In this document: piece by piece, positions 52,400-64,000 of the stretch
How the letters are laid out: each line of letters opens with the position of its first letter
Numbering within the stretch: the stretch's first letter is position 1
NCBI GenBank assembly: GCA_030324005.1
Contig: JARDVH010000124.1
Location: 36,864,192 to 36,928,191, forward strand
Length of the DNA: 64,000 bases
Origin: Negaprion brevirostris
Lineage: Eukaryota
Direction: 5' to 3'
The notes under the pieces: model-generated
What the model was told of the DNA's origin: nothing
Database searches by the model: none
The model's input: only the letters and a program-made list of their open reading frames with translations
Made by a program: the position numbers and the translations under genes

Positions 52400-52790
52400 A
52401 TGAACATTTAAGGTTGTGGGCATCACTGGCAAGGCCAGCATTTATTGCCCTTCCCTAATTGCCCTTGAAAGGTGGTGGTGAGCCACCTACTTGAATACAA
52501 CTGCATGCTTTGCTCGGCCATTTTAAGAGGGCAGTAAACTTCGACCACATTGCTATGGGGCTGGAATCAAATGTAGGCCAGACAGGGTGAGGCAGCAAAT
52601 TTTCTTCCCAAGGGACATTAATGATCCCGATGTGTTTTTATAATAGAATCTGGCTTCATAGTGATCACTATCAATGCTAGATATTTAATCCAGATTTAAT
52701 TAATTAATTGAATTCAGATTCTCAGCTATCATGGTGGGCTTTAAACTAGTGTCTCTGAATCATTAATCCATCACCATAACCGCAATGCGA
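52400..52790 (-). mobile_element. tRNA-derived SINE, second family
   Basis: ggccagcatttattgcccttccctaattgcccttga...ccacattgct...ggacatta. Confidence 0.75.
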
Positions 52791-52877
52791 CCCACACCCT
52801 CCCCACCGCACCCCCCCGAACATACTTGTATTTTATGAAACAAAATTTTGTGCTTGGAGAATTATTTTTTAAAATGA

Positions 52878-54100
52878 GTAAGCAGAATTCCCGAGCTTGT
52901 TGTCCAGCAGGGATTATAAATCCTCAAATATCTCAAAAAATGTTTTATTGAAAAAAGTCTATGCTTACGGTGTATGGGAAGTGCCTTAAGCTCCAAAGCA
53001 ACAGTAGTGATGAATATTTGTGACAATAGGGCCTCGATTCCCCCAAACTGGGACTGAGTGCGTGCGCTAGTGGGAAAACAGGAGAGTTTCCTGCTGGAGT
53101 TGACTGTGTCTTTCAGGTGAGATTCACCCAACTAAAAGATGTTAGTGAGTTAGTTTAGAGCAATTCAGTGGCCAGACCCGTTGTTCAGAAACTGGGCCGT
53201 CTTTCTTAAAGAGCACCCTGATCTTTGCGTTCAGAGGTAGGATCCCCTCCCACCAAAAAATGAAATGATGACCCCCCCCCCACCCCCGCCAGCCCCGTAT
53301 CTCCCCACTGACCAGNNNNNNNNNNNNNNNNNNNNNNNNNNNNNNNNNNNNNNNNNNNNNNNNNNNNNNNNNNNNNNNNNNNNNNNNNNNNNNNNNNNNN
53401 NNNNNNNNNNNNNNNNNNNNNNNNNNNNNNNNNNNNNNNNNNNNNNNNNNNNNNNNNNNNNNNNNNNNNNNNNNNNNNNNNNNNNNNNNNNNNNNNNNNN
53501 NNNNNNNNNNNNNNNNNNNNNNNNNNNNNNNNNNNNNNNNNNNNNNNNNNNNNNNNNNNNNNNNNTAAGGTTAGGGGCCCGAGGAAAAAAAAAACTACAA
53601 CTACCGGTAAGCGTCTTAGTGACGACTTCCGGTTTCTAACTAATTTTAAAAAAAAACGCCGAAACTCGCGACTTAGTACTAAAAATAAAAAGTTAAACAG
53701 TATAAACAGAAAAATATACCTTGTTTTGCCTCTTCTCACGCCCAAAAATCGCTGCCTCTCGACTCTGCTCCACAGGAACAATGAGGTTTGGTGCTGCTTC
53801 CTGGATTCTCGGAGTCCAGCACACCATGTTCTGGTTTATGAGAACCTACACCAAAGCCTACCCAGTGAAGATGCCGCTGGCGAGGCAGGTGAATAATAGG
53901 AGGGTTTTGAATCAGGCTTCATGCCTGATAATTATATGTTATCTGGCCAATTTGAATATTTATTGTGGGCGGGAACCGAATTGGCATTAGTGGGGTGGTT
54001 TGGGCACATCACTATGGATTTGGCAGCAGACACCAAACCCATTTTTTTCCCTAATGCCCAATTCTTTTGGCCACCATGATTCTCACTGGGAGAATTCCCC
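52878..54100. mobile_element. Non-autonomous DNA-transposon-like repeat spanning a gap
   Basis: Imperfect inverted ends gcagaattcccg...gggagaattcccc around a GC-richer interior. Confidence 0.4.
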
Positions 54101-55953
54101 TACTACGCAAAAGCATTAGGTTGCACAGTTACACGGGGGACCTGCATCTCATTTTAAAATGTTACGTGCCCTGCAGTTATTCCATTGTGTAGTGTTTTTA
54201 TGACTGTAAAATTAAGTTATAAAGATTTAGCTTCATTTTTTTGTCACTGACATGTATTTCTGCTTCTGAACACAGTGCACATTTAAGCTTACTGTATTAC
54301 CACTTCAATATTAAATTACCATATTTAGGCAAATAGGGACATTTACTTTTATTGCTCTATTGATTTAGGAATAATCTACTAACAGATTATTGATATAGAC
54401 AGAATTGACTTCTCATCCACTCCCAGCAGATAACACCGCAGATCAGGACCCAATATTTGACTGCATAGTTGTGTTGCAAAACGAACAAATTTTCCAGTTC
54501 ATTGTTGGGTGTATAGAATGAAATCAATATTGAATGTTTGATACCTCCCATTCGCTATTGTATCTTACATAACATCACATTTTGTGTGACCAAGTATTTA
54601 CCCTACTGTAACCCTTCACATTCTTCAAGGTCTGAATTTTTCCAGGGAAGTTGAAGCCCCNNNNNNNNNNNNNNNNNNNNNNNNNNNNNNNNNNNNNNNN
54701 NNNNNNNNNNNNNNNNNNNNNNNNNNNNNNNNNNNNNNNNNNNNNNNNNNNNNNNNNNNNNNNNNNNNNNNNNNNNNNNNNNNNNNNNNNNNNNNNNNNN
54801 NNNNNNNNNNNNNNNNNNNNNNNNNNNNNNNNNNNNNNNNNNNNNNNNNNNNNNNNNNNNNNNNNNNNNNNNNNNNNNNNNNNNNNNNNNNNNNNNNNNN
54901 NNNNNNNNNNNNNNNNNNNNNNNNNNNNNNNNNNNNNNNNNNNNNNNNNNNNNNNNNNNNNNNNNNNNNNNNNNNNNNNNNNNNNNNNNNNNNNNNNNNN
55001 NNNNNNNNNNNNNNNNNNNNNNNNNNNNNNNNNNNNNNNNNNNNNNNNNNNNNNNNNCTGATGTTTTCCCTGTCATATTGCCATCCCTCATATCTCCCAG
55101 CCTATTGCCATTGGGCTGGGGAAACTCAACCTGAAGACCTGTACCAGAATGCCCCGTAGCCTTTTCAACCTTTTTAGCCTTAGCCTTTTTAGAAAAAGAT
55201 TCTAATTTCTCAAGCCCCTTCTGATCACAGTGGTTTCCAATCCATGGTAACATCCTAGTGAATCTGGAATCAAAACCAAGTATTTGTTTGTCTTTTTGAT
55301 TGGCATATCTACTGTGGCTGGTAACTAATGATCTGTCCATTTGCAGTCCAACTCCCCTCTATACCACAGGAGGTCTCTTAGTAGACGATGTCACCAAATT
55401 CATAATTAACCCTAATTGTGAAATTCCAAATCTTGTGTTGCTTAAATTTGTACAATAACTGAACATATTCAGACAATCAGTGGTATTGCTATCATTGAAT
55501 TCCTCACTATCAACATCCTGGGGGTTACCACTGACAAAAAACTCAATGGACGAGCCATAAATACCTAATCTCACCCAAAAGGCCTCTTTCTCATGCTTTC
55601 CCAGGCCTATTTCCCTCTAACCCATAAGTTGCAGCACTTCCTCCAGCTGCTATAATGCACCTCACCTTTTAAGTGACTCTGACTCATCATAGTATTGACC
55701 GCCTGTTTTGTGTTCACCTAATCAACAGTTGAAATCATTGAAATAAGTTGGCTGCATTCAGTTGGTGTACAGCCAATCAATAAATACAGGCTGATTGTAC
55801 ATCACAACAACTGTGTGCCTGCTTTCGGGGGGCTATCTAATTTAGCTTCTTTAGTCCTTTATCAGTATGGTATTTGAGCCAATCATGATTTCCTTCCTGG
55901 GATGTGATTTCTAAAATATGCTGCTGGAAGTGTAATGACCTCTTTTAAAGACT

Positions 55954-56268
55954 GGGTGGCACAGTGGTTAGCACTGCTGCTTCACAATGCCAAGGACCCG
56001 GGTTCAATTCCGGCCTCCGGTAACTGTCTGTGTGGGGATTACATATTCTCACTGTGTTTGCATGGGATTCCTCTAGGTGCTTCGGTTTCCTCCCAAAGTT
56101 CCAGAGATGGAAAAGTTGGTTTATTGGCCATGTTAAATTACCCTTAGTGTCAGGGAAATTAGCAAGGTACAAATGTGGGGTAACAGGGATAGGGCCTGGG
56201 TGGGATTGTTGTTGGTGCAGGCTCGATGTGCCAAATGGCCTCCTTCTGTACTGTAAGGATTCTATGAT
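55954..56268 (+). mobile_element. Full-length HE1-type V-SINE between the two exons
   Basis: tggcacagtggttag, ggttcaattcc, tail ggcctccttctgtactgtaaggattctatga. Confidence 0.9.
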
Positions 56269-56842
56269 ACCCAACTTGATGCATACGACTAACAAGAACT
56301 GTTCTGTGTACTGATTTATCAGGAAGGAAGGGAATATTGCAATAAGGCTTTCCAAACTTCATGCAAGGAAAAATCCAACTAGTAGCTTAAAATGAAACTA
56401 ATCCCACTTAGAGGAAGTTTCTGCATGGTTTCTTTACCCTGGCTGTAACTTTGATTGAGATTTCATTTGCATATTCTGCCAACTTTCTGCCAAAGTTGCA
56501 AAAGAGGAATAGGGGAGCCTTGGAGTAATTTCTTGGCGATTGTGGAGAGGAAAATTCTCCTCCCAACTCTGCACTTGCAGAGAATTGCCTTTTAATAGTA
56601 AGAGCGACTGGTGATATTTGTTAAAACAAGGATCAATGAGAGAATGTGTGGAGCTGATTCAAACTAAGTAGCAGAATGATACTTACAAACACCCATATCT
56701 TTAAAAGGTTTTTTAGCACCATGGGCAACTTGCAGAATCAGTGTTAAATGTTGTGATGAGAACAATCAGTCATACTGTTCTTTAAAATAATAGCTTTTTA
56801 CAGGATGTAATTCAATTTATTTGTTTTTTTTCTCCCTTCAAG

Positions 56843-56946
56843 CTAAGAAGTACAAAAAAGTAACAGGTAAAGAAATCTACTCAGAAACATTAGAAAGCAC
56901 ACCTATGCTGGAAAAGGAGAAATTTCCTCAAGATTACTTCCCTGAG
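56843..56946 (+). CDS. INPP5A: INPP5A internal coding exon (equivalent to human exon 6), (A)KKYKKVTGKEIYSETLESTPMLEKEKFPQDYFPE
   Basis: ttttttttctcccttcaag|CT acceptor and GAG|gtaagc donor. Near identical to human AKKYRKVAGKEIYSDTLESTPMLEKEKFPQDYFPE (recalled). 104 nt, phase 1 to 0. Confidence 0.97.
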
Positions 56947-57071
56947 GTAAGCTGTACGGTCTTTTGCAACACAAAGTCAAGTTGCACATTTTTAAAGGTT
57001 TATCATTGTCGCTGTACCATTGCGAAATCATGTAATTCAACAGCCTGTCAAAAAAATGATTTGCTCAACAA

Positions 57072-57272
57072 GTTGGAGTTTGGGATGGATCACTGACGCA
57101 AATCATTTTTATGCAAAGTGCCTATGGGGGCAGGAAGGGGCCCTTAATTGGCTCACTGCATGGCTTAATTGATTGCCCAATGGGGGTTGGAGTTTGGGAT
57201 GGATCACTGACGCAAATCACTTTTATGCAAAATGCCTATGGGGGCAGGAAGGGGCCCTTAATTGGCTCACTG
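57072..57272. repeat. 87-bp direct duplication, period 114
   Basis: 57072-57158 versus 57186-57272, two substitutions. Confidence 0.95.
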
Positions 57273-60114
57273 ACACTCCCCTTGCTTTTGTTCAGCGAAT
57301 TATTTTCATTCTTACAATTGGGATGTTTAGCTTTAAATTTAGGGTCAAATGATCTGTTTAACCTCTACCTGACCTTAAACATTGGCTGATTTGATTATTA
57401 GAGATCAAATGAAAGTTTAGGTTTCTTTGCTAAGAGGAAGATGCAAGATATTTGTGTTTGGAAACAATGGCAATATTCTCTGGTTTTGCAATAAGCAGAC
57501 TCTGAGTCTGCTAAAGTCCCAGAAAGGTGCTGAAGGTATCGGACCTGTAAACAGTTGTGCTGTAGACTGTCTATTTACTTCTAAGATGGAAAAGGAGTTG
57601 GGATCAAAGAACAATATATAGCATTTCTACATGAATGTAAGCGGGGGCGGGGGTTAACGTTTTTCAAGTTGCCTTGCAGACAAAAGCAGAAGAATCTACT
57701 TTGGAGGTCAGGTTACAGGCTTCCCTACAAACCAATGAATACCATCAAACAGGCAACATAGTTTAGCAGAGAGGAAAGGCTATTTATTTTTTTGAGCTCC
57801 TGAGAGGGAGAGTGTTTCTAGTCAAAGAAATATATCCTGCAGTCTTCTCTGGATTGTGGGAGATATAGTTGAGGAGGGGAGATTGGAGGGTAGGGGGATG
57901 GGTGACGAGGTGGTGGTGAGGACCATTACTGGACAGGCTTTACTGCTGGTAGAGGATCTAGGAAACTCTCCAAAACTGAGTAAAGCACCAGGAGGTGGTC
58001 TCTTGAAGATGCTTCTCAGGGAAAGATGGATGCAGGAACTCATTGGAAGCAAGAACAACTGTTTGCTAAAAGGACTGTAATTCTTTGGAGAGTGTGATGT
58101 ATGCTAAGTATAAATTTTACAAGGGGAATGTTCCTTTCCTGCAGATTAAAGAATAAGTTAGCTACAAAAAGAAAATAGTAGTGAGCCAAAAATATTTTCA
58201 TTTGCGTACAATGCATGTTTTAAAGTGGGAAATCTCGCCGTGATATTCTTTCAGCTGGTAACTACAAGTCTGAATCATTTTTAAAAAGTTGTCGGTCTCT
58301 GAGGAGATTGGAGCATAATTGATCTTTTGGCTCCTAATTCCGTTGTGTTAGTTTGGACAACGAAGCCGAGTAACAATAAAAATGTTTTTAAAAAATTGAT
58401 GGCACTCGAGCCCACAGTGAACTGAGGTCATGTGACATAATTAACATTACTTCTGGGTCATGGAATAACTCACAGCAGCATAGCTGGAGAGACCACACGT
58501 GCGATGGCATGTGTATATAGTGAACACAGAGACAGTATTTGTTTCTTTGCTTATATCTTTGCTCTGGCTAATTGAAATCTGGAGTGGATACGCTTCAATA
58601 ACTTAGGCTCCGTATCCTTTCTTTGCCAATTAGGTTTGTTACAAAGCTTTCCCCATTATGCTTTTAAAAATTGTCCCAAAATCTCTTGCATCATCTTAAA
58701 GTACTATATAAATCAAAGCCTGTCTTATTATGTTTGATAATTTAATATTGCTTTCAGTAATGTAAATAAGACAGAATAATTGTAACTGGTAAATATATCA
58801 GACAGAGAACACCACTCTCCATCTTAGTAATAACCAGTACCATTCTGCAACTGACGTATATGCAAACGATCCTCTCAATTGGTTTAAGACTGATTTCTTT
58901 CTCTTTATTACTGCCGCTTAAAGATGATCTAAAAGTAATTACATTGATTGAGGTATAATGCAATCCAAAATAATTACAATTCACTGCATATAAAACTAAC
59001 AAAACTTTTCATGGTGATTTATTGTACCTCTTGGCTGTATATGAATCTCAAATGATGCCTTTGGGACCAGCACTTGAGATAATGTTAGGCTATTTAAAAA
59101 GAACAGATTTGTGTAGTCTATCAGACCTGAATAATTTTTGCCAGTAGTGAGAAATTGGTTGTTATCATACATCATAGATACTGCTCAAAGCTCTTATGAA
59201 AGATGAATTAATTTCACTAATGCTTTAATGTGAACCTTTCATGAACAAAGCTGCACGGGGATAACCTTGTAGGGGTCTTGAGTTTCTCAATAGTGATTTA
59301 TGTCATCTTTTAATAAAGGAAACAGCTTGTATATAATCCATCTGCTGTGCAAAGAAGGAATACTGACTTGCAGTACATAGGATTTTCACTTCCATTTTTA
59401 TTTAACACAGCAGACTGATGAAAGGCTTCAAGGAAGACTAATACAAGCCCAGTTTACACTCAGCGTTGCTAAATTGATTGGTAATTCCAGCTTTAAATTA
59501 TACCGAGCCCCTTCCNNNNNNNNCCCCTCAGCAATTGCCATCAGAAAGATGGATTATATGAGGAGAGCTACTGAACAAACATTTGCGGGGCCATTTCTCT
59601 GCATCAACTTTGAATGTTTTACAAAATTGAGGAAGAAGTGAAAAGATTAATTTAGATCTCAGATTTGTCAGTTCAGTTGTAATTCTATAACAGGCCAGCA
59701 CAAGCTTCAGATCCAGAAGGATTTCTTTTCTGTGATTTCTTTCTTGGTTACCACGCAGTGCATTGTTTCATGGTTCGGACAGCCAAAAAGCTTTGATTTA
59801 AGGTTTATTAACTATCTAAGTAACCATTAGGAGGCACATGAGTAAAGCTATGACTATCTTGCCTTTCAGTTTTTTTTTCTTACTATTTTGTTAATATACG
59901 GGAGCATTTACACATTGCTCACTATGATTGCCTGGTCAAAAGTAGCTGGTGTGAAAACTGCTGCTGGGAACATTATCCTGACGTTCCTTGTACAGTGCAA
60001 TGTTGCAGCTTCTGTTTTAATGGTTGGATAGTCAGCGCCATTGGAGAAAAGGGCAGCCGGGAGATACTAGGTTGCTTATATATGTATGTGTATATGGATG
60101 CATGTGTGCAGAAT

Positions 60115-60417
60115 GGGGAGGGACGGCACAGAGGTTAGCACTGCTGCCTCACATTGCCAGAGACCCAGGTTCGATTCCTGGTTTGGGTCACTGTCCATGT
60201 GTAGTTTGCACATTCTCCCTGTGCCTGCGTGAGTTTCCTCCGGGTGCTCTGGTTTCCTCCCACAGTCCAAAGATGCGTGGGTTAGGTGCATTGGCCGTGC
60301 CAGATTAGTGGGGTAAATGTGTGGAGTTGTAGGGATTGGGCCTGGCGTGGGGTTGTTGTCAATGCAGACTCGATAGGCCGAATGATCTCTTTCTGCACTC
60401 TGGGGTTTCTATGATCT
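60115..60417 (+). mobile_element. HE1-type V-SINE
   Basis: ggttcgattcc B box, V core, CR1-type tail. Confidence 0.9.
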
Positions 60418-61329
60418 AAGTAGATAGGATTGTACTGACTCCATACCACCTGTTTGCTTGCTTGAGTTTCTATCCTTAATCTTGGTTGATGATATTTATG
60501 GATAGTCACATGTGAATGAGGAAATAATTACATGGTGATGCCAACCGTCCCATTTTGCATTATTTCCACTATACTTATGCTGAGCCTTAATTTATCAAAT
60601 ACAACTGCTCACCAGGGTGGTGAAGGGCAATCTTGAAAGTGATAGTATTTTAAAGGAATATTCTTATTGGAACTTTACTGCACAATATTTTTTTACCCTG
60701 CGATTGCCATGTACTTTGTCATCTGCTTATCTATTATTTGGTGAGGAGTTGCCATTTGTTTGATAACCCCAGCCCACCTCTCCATCCCACCACAGAGCAT
60801 GTTGAACTCCATATTGGGGATGTCAATATTTCCTTGTTTCTTTGGTAAAGAGGAGGAGAGAGAATGTACACCTGCCGGTACTTTCCAAGCTGGATATATA
60901 ACTGTATTTAACACAACAGCAATGTCTCTCAAAGCATCATTTTATGAAGGAGTTGTGCAAAATGCTGCAAGATGAACTGATATCCTCCTCCAACATATAT
61001 ATGCTCTACAGGCGGCTTTTGGATCACCACTACCCAGAACTTGGACAACAATTGGGGTCATCTATAACATGAACCAAGCAAGCTATGGCTAGAGCTAATA
61101 ATTTCATCAACTTCTCAATGGAAGACCATTGATGATGCAATAGAGTACTGTATTTATTGAAATACCGTGCTAGAAGAATGTCACCCATGAGGCTGTACAC
61201 ACTCTTTTATTACTGTCCCTATGTATGCCTTTAGCAAAGGGCACCAAATGTTTGCAGCCAGTAGGAAATTATCCCACAAGTGCCTGCTCACTTCCCTGGG
61301 AGCTGGTGCACTGCCTTTCTGATCAGAAT

Positions 61330-62020
61330 GGACCATGCCAGTGTGTGGTGGCCAGGTCATGACCATCTCCAAAAAGGGAGAGTCCGACCTTCACCTCTGC
61401 ACATTCAATTCCATTGCTAAATCCGCCACCATCAACATCAAGAGGGTTGCTGTTGACCAGAAATTTAACTAGACTAATCATGGAAATACTGTGGCTACAA
61501 GAGCAGGTTTGAGGCTGGGCGTTCTGCTGCAAGTCACTCCCTCTCGACTCCTCATCTATAAGACACATGTCAGGAGTGTAATGGAATATTGTCCACTTAC
61601 CTGAATGAGTATAACTCCAACAATACTCAAGAAACTCAACGCCATCCAAAATAGAGCAACCTACTTGATTGACACCACGTTAACCGTCACTGCTTCCAAT
61701 GGCAGCACACAGCAGCAGCAGTGTTCACTGATGCAGCAAGATGCATTAAAACAATTGATAAAGACTCCTTTGATAACCATTCCAAACCTATAATGTCTAG
61801 GGCAGCAGAAACATTAAAGAACACCACCACCTGCAAGCTCACTGAAAGCCACTCTCCATCCTGGCTGGGAACTATATTGCCATATTTTCATTATCAATGG
61901 GTCAAAATCTTGGAACTTCCTCCCTAACAGCACTATTAGAGTACCTACACCAGATGGGCTGCAGCAGTTCAAGAAGGCAGTTCACCACCTTGAGGGCAAT
62001 TGGGCAATGAATACTGGTTT
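61330..62020 (+). mobile_element. CR1-like LINE 3' fragment (related fragment at ~55480-55560)
   Basis: catctataagacacatgtcaggagtgtaatggaatat (IYKTHVRSVMEY), tggaacttcctccct (WNFLP), and tail gcagttcaagaaggcagttcaccacctt..gggcaat. Confidence 0.8.
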
Positions 62021-62292
62021 ACTAAAATACTGGTTCACTGGTGCAGACAGGATGGGCTGAACGGCCTCTGCTGGCATTGTAACAATTCTGAGATTTTATG
62101 AAACCTTATTGAATGTGAATTGTGCCAGCAGTGCCACATATTGAGGGGGCCTGCTTGTTTCCCTGCAGTGACAAGTTCAGAGGAGGAATAGATGAATAGT
62201 GGAATTGTTTCCCAAGGAGGAAAGCTCACAACATATCCGAGTTGGAAGTGTGACATGAGAAATTTTTGATATGGTTCACCGACAGTTTGTAA

Positions 62293-62595
62293 ATCATAGA
62301 ATCCCTACAGTGCAGAAGGAGGCTATGCGGTCCATCATTCCTGCATCGCCAACAATCTCAGTAAGCCCTGTAACGTATTTACCCTACTTGTTCCCCTGAC
62401 AATATCAGGCAATTTAGCATGGCCAATGCACCTAACCCGTACATCTTTGGAGTTTGGGAGGAAACCAGAGCACCTGAAAGAAACCCACACAGACACAGAG
62501 GGAACGTGCAAACACCTGCAGATAGTCACCCAAGGCCGGATTTGAACCCGAGTCCCTGGTACTGAGGCAGCAGTGCTAACCACCATGCCATGCCC
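62293..62595 (-). mobile_element. HE1-type V-SINE
   Basis: catagaatccctacagtgcagaaggaggc...gaggcagcagtgctaaccac. Confidence 0.9.
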
Positions 62596-62667
62596 CTCTG
62601 TGTCCTACTGCAGAAGAGGCAGAATGTCTTGGTGAAATGCAGCTAGTATATGCTCCCTCACTTTAAA

Positions 62668-62905
62668 AGCAACAACAAACTGAATTTATATAGTATCGTT
62701 AATTTAAAAAAAACCCAAGGTGCTTCACCAGCATTATAGAACAAAATATAACATTGGACCATAAGATAGGTGACCAAAATCCTGGTCAAAATTGTGGGTT
62801 TTAAGGAATACCCAAAAGGAAAGGGTATTACAGATGTGGAGAGATATAGAGCAGGTATTCCAGAACTTAGGCGTAGGCAACTGAAGGCACAGCCACCATT
62901 GGTGA
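62668..62905 (-). mobile_element. L2-like LINE 3' end
   Basis: caacaacaaactgaatttatatag...gggttttaagga...ttccaga..ttagg..taggcaactgaaggcacagccacca. Confidence 0.6.
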
Positions 62906-63902
62906 AATAATTATCATCTTCATCTCATTCTCATCTTCCTTATCCCAATATCTTCAATAATCTTGCTCTCAGTTGTGCAGGGCTTTCTCCACGTAATCAT
63001 GTACTGATGGCTTAGCACAGCTGCCACCAGTACATGATCTTTCTCTCCTTTTATGCTACCTGATCTTAAAGAAATAAATTTTAAAGTATTAAATTAATAT
63101 GATAAACAGCACCAAGAGCTCAGAATGAGTCTGAGAACAAAGATTGAGGCTCTGATTGAGGGTCAGTGCTTAGTGAAATCGAGATGGGCCAACCTCAGAT
63201 GAGGCAAAATTCCAGTTATGTTGAAGTCGTCATCTGTTCCCATCAGCAGAATAGCAAGAAATTGTCTAAGCTTGTCATATTGTAAATGTGGGGTGGGTGT
63301 GTGTGTGTCTAATTTAATTAAACTGAAGACTGTTAGTAATACTATAAGTATCAAATCATCGAGGTGTAAAAGTAAGCATTTGAAATGGAGATGCACCAAG
63401 ATGAGGTAACAGGGAACGACATGAATAAATAATTGCATGAGGAGATGAGGGAAAAAGTTGAAGTTTAGCGGTTATATTTCAAAAGTAAAATTTACAACTG
63501 GCCATATCACAAATGAATAAAGCAAAATATTAAACTTATTTTTACCATAAGTAATATTAACCAAAAAATTCAAAGACTTCTATAGTCTGTGAAAAGGAAC
63601 TTGCAAAAAAAGTCAGAAACAATAAAGTTTAAAGATGAAAGAGAACAAACCTAACTAAGGAAAGAATGAAAGCTGTGTGAGTGGAGAGTGGCCATGTGAT
63701 ATCCTGAAGAATCTGCTCTGTTTAGAGAGAGCTGTGAAAAACAAGTTCAAGTTCCAGCCAGCCTCAGAAAAGTGTTTGGCTGTTCCAGAAACCAAAATTT
63801 TATTCCAAGTCTTGGAATTCCTTTATCAGGTGAGAGAGAGGGAAACCTTGAAAAGTTGGCAACAGTGGATGTCTTGTGATAATACTAGAACTTCTACAGA
63901 TT

Positions 63903-64000
63903 AGGGTGGCGCAGTGCTTAGCATGCTGCATCACCACACAGGTTCGATTCCTGACTTGGGTCATTGTCTGTGCGGAGTTTGCATGTTCTCCCTGTGTGTG
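63903..64000 (+). mobile_element. HE1-type V-SINE 5' end, truncated by the window edge
   Basis: ggtggcgcagtg.ttagc...ggttcgattcc...gtctgtgcggagtttgcatgttctccc. Confidence 0.88.

Noticed and set aside
54603-55340. Longest listed ORFs (also 46394-47017 and 53206-53781)
   Set aside because: Open only because they run through N-gaps.
55954-56015. tRNA genes suggested by A/B boxes (also 29604, 60115, 63903)
   Set aside because: These are SINE heads continuing into the V core, with no complete cloverleaf.
56947-64000. Next INPP5A exon (CKWSRKGFIRTRW..)
   Set aside because: No matching codons found; likely beyond the window.

Overview
Eukaryotic, repeat-rich draft genomic DNA from a cartilaginous fish. 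The shark assignment rests on about 17 HE1-type V-SINEs, Deu-domain SINEs and CR1/L2 fragments. The window appears to lie inside one + strand gene, INPP5A (type I inositol-1,4,5-trisphosphate 5-phosphatase). Two coding exons are recognisable, 52107-52170 (64 nt) and 56843-56946 (104 nt). No other INPP5A exon was found by eye, so the first ~52 kb is probably one intron. The remainder is retroposon and DNA-transposon debris, N-gaps with assembly artefacts, and several TE-free blocks that look like conserved non-coding enhancers (INPP5A adjoins NKX6-2 in mammals). The most notable non-genic signal is two families of palindromic Penelope-type repeats carrying minimal hammerhead-ribozyme motifs, one with an intact core at 12173-12207. 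Repeat boundaries are approximate and read by eye. No bacterial-type system or CRISPR array is present.
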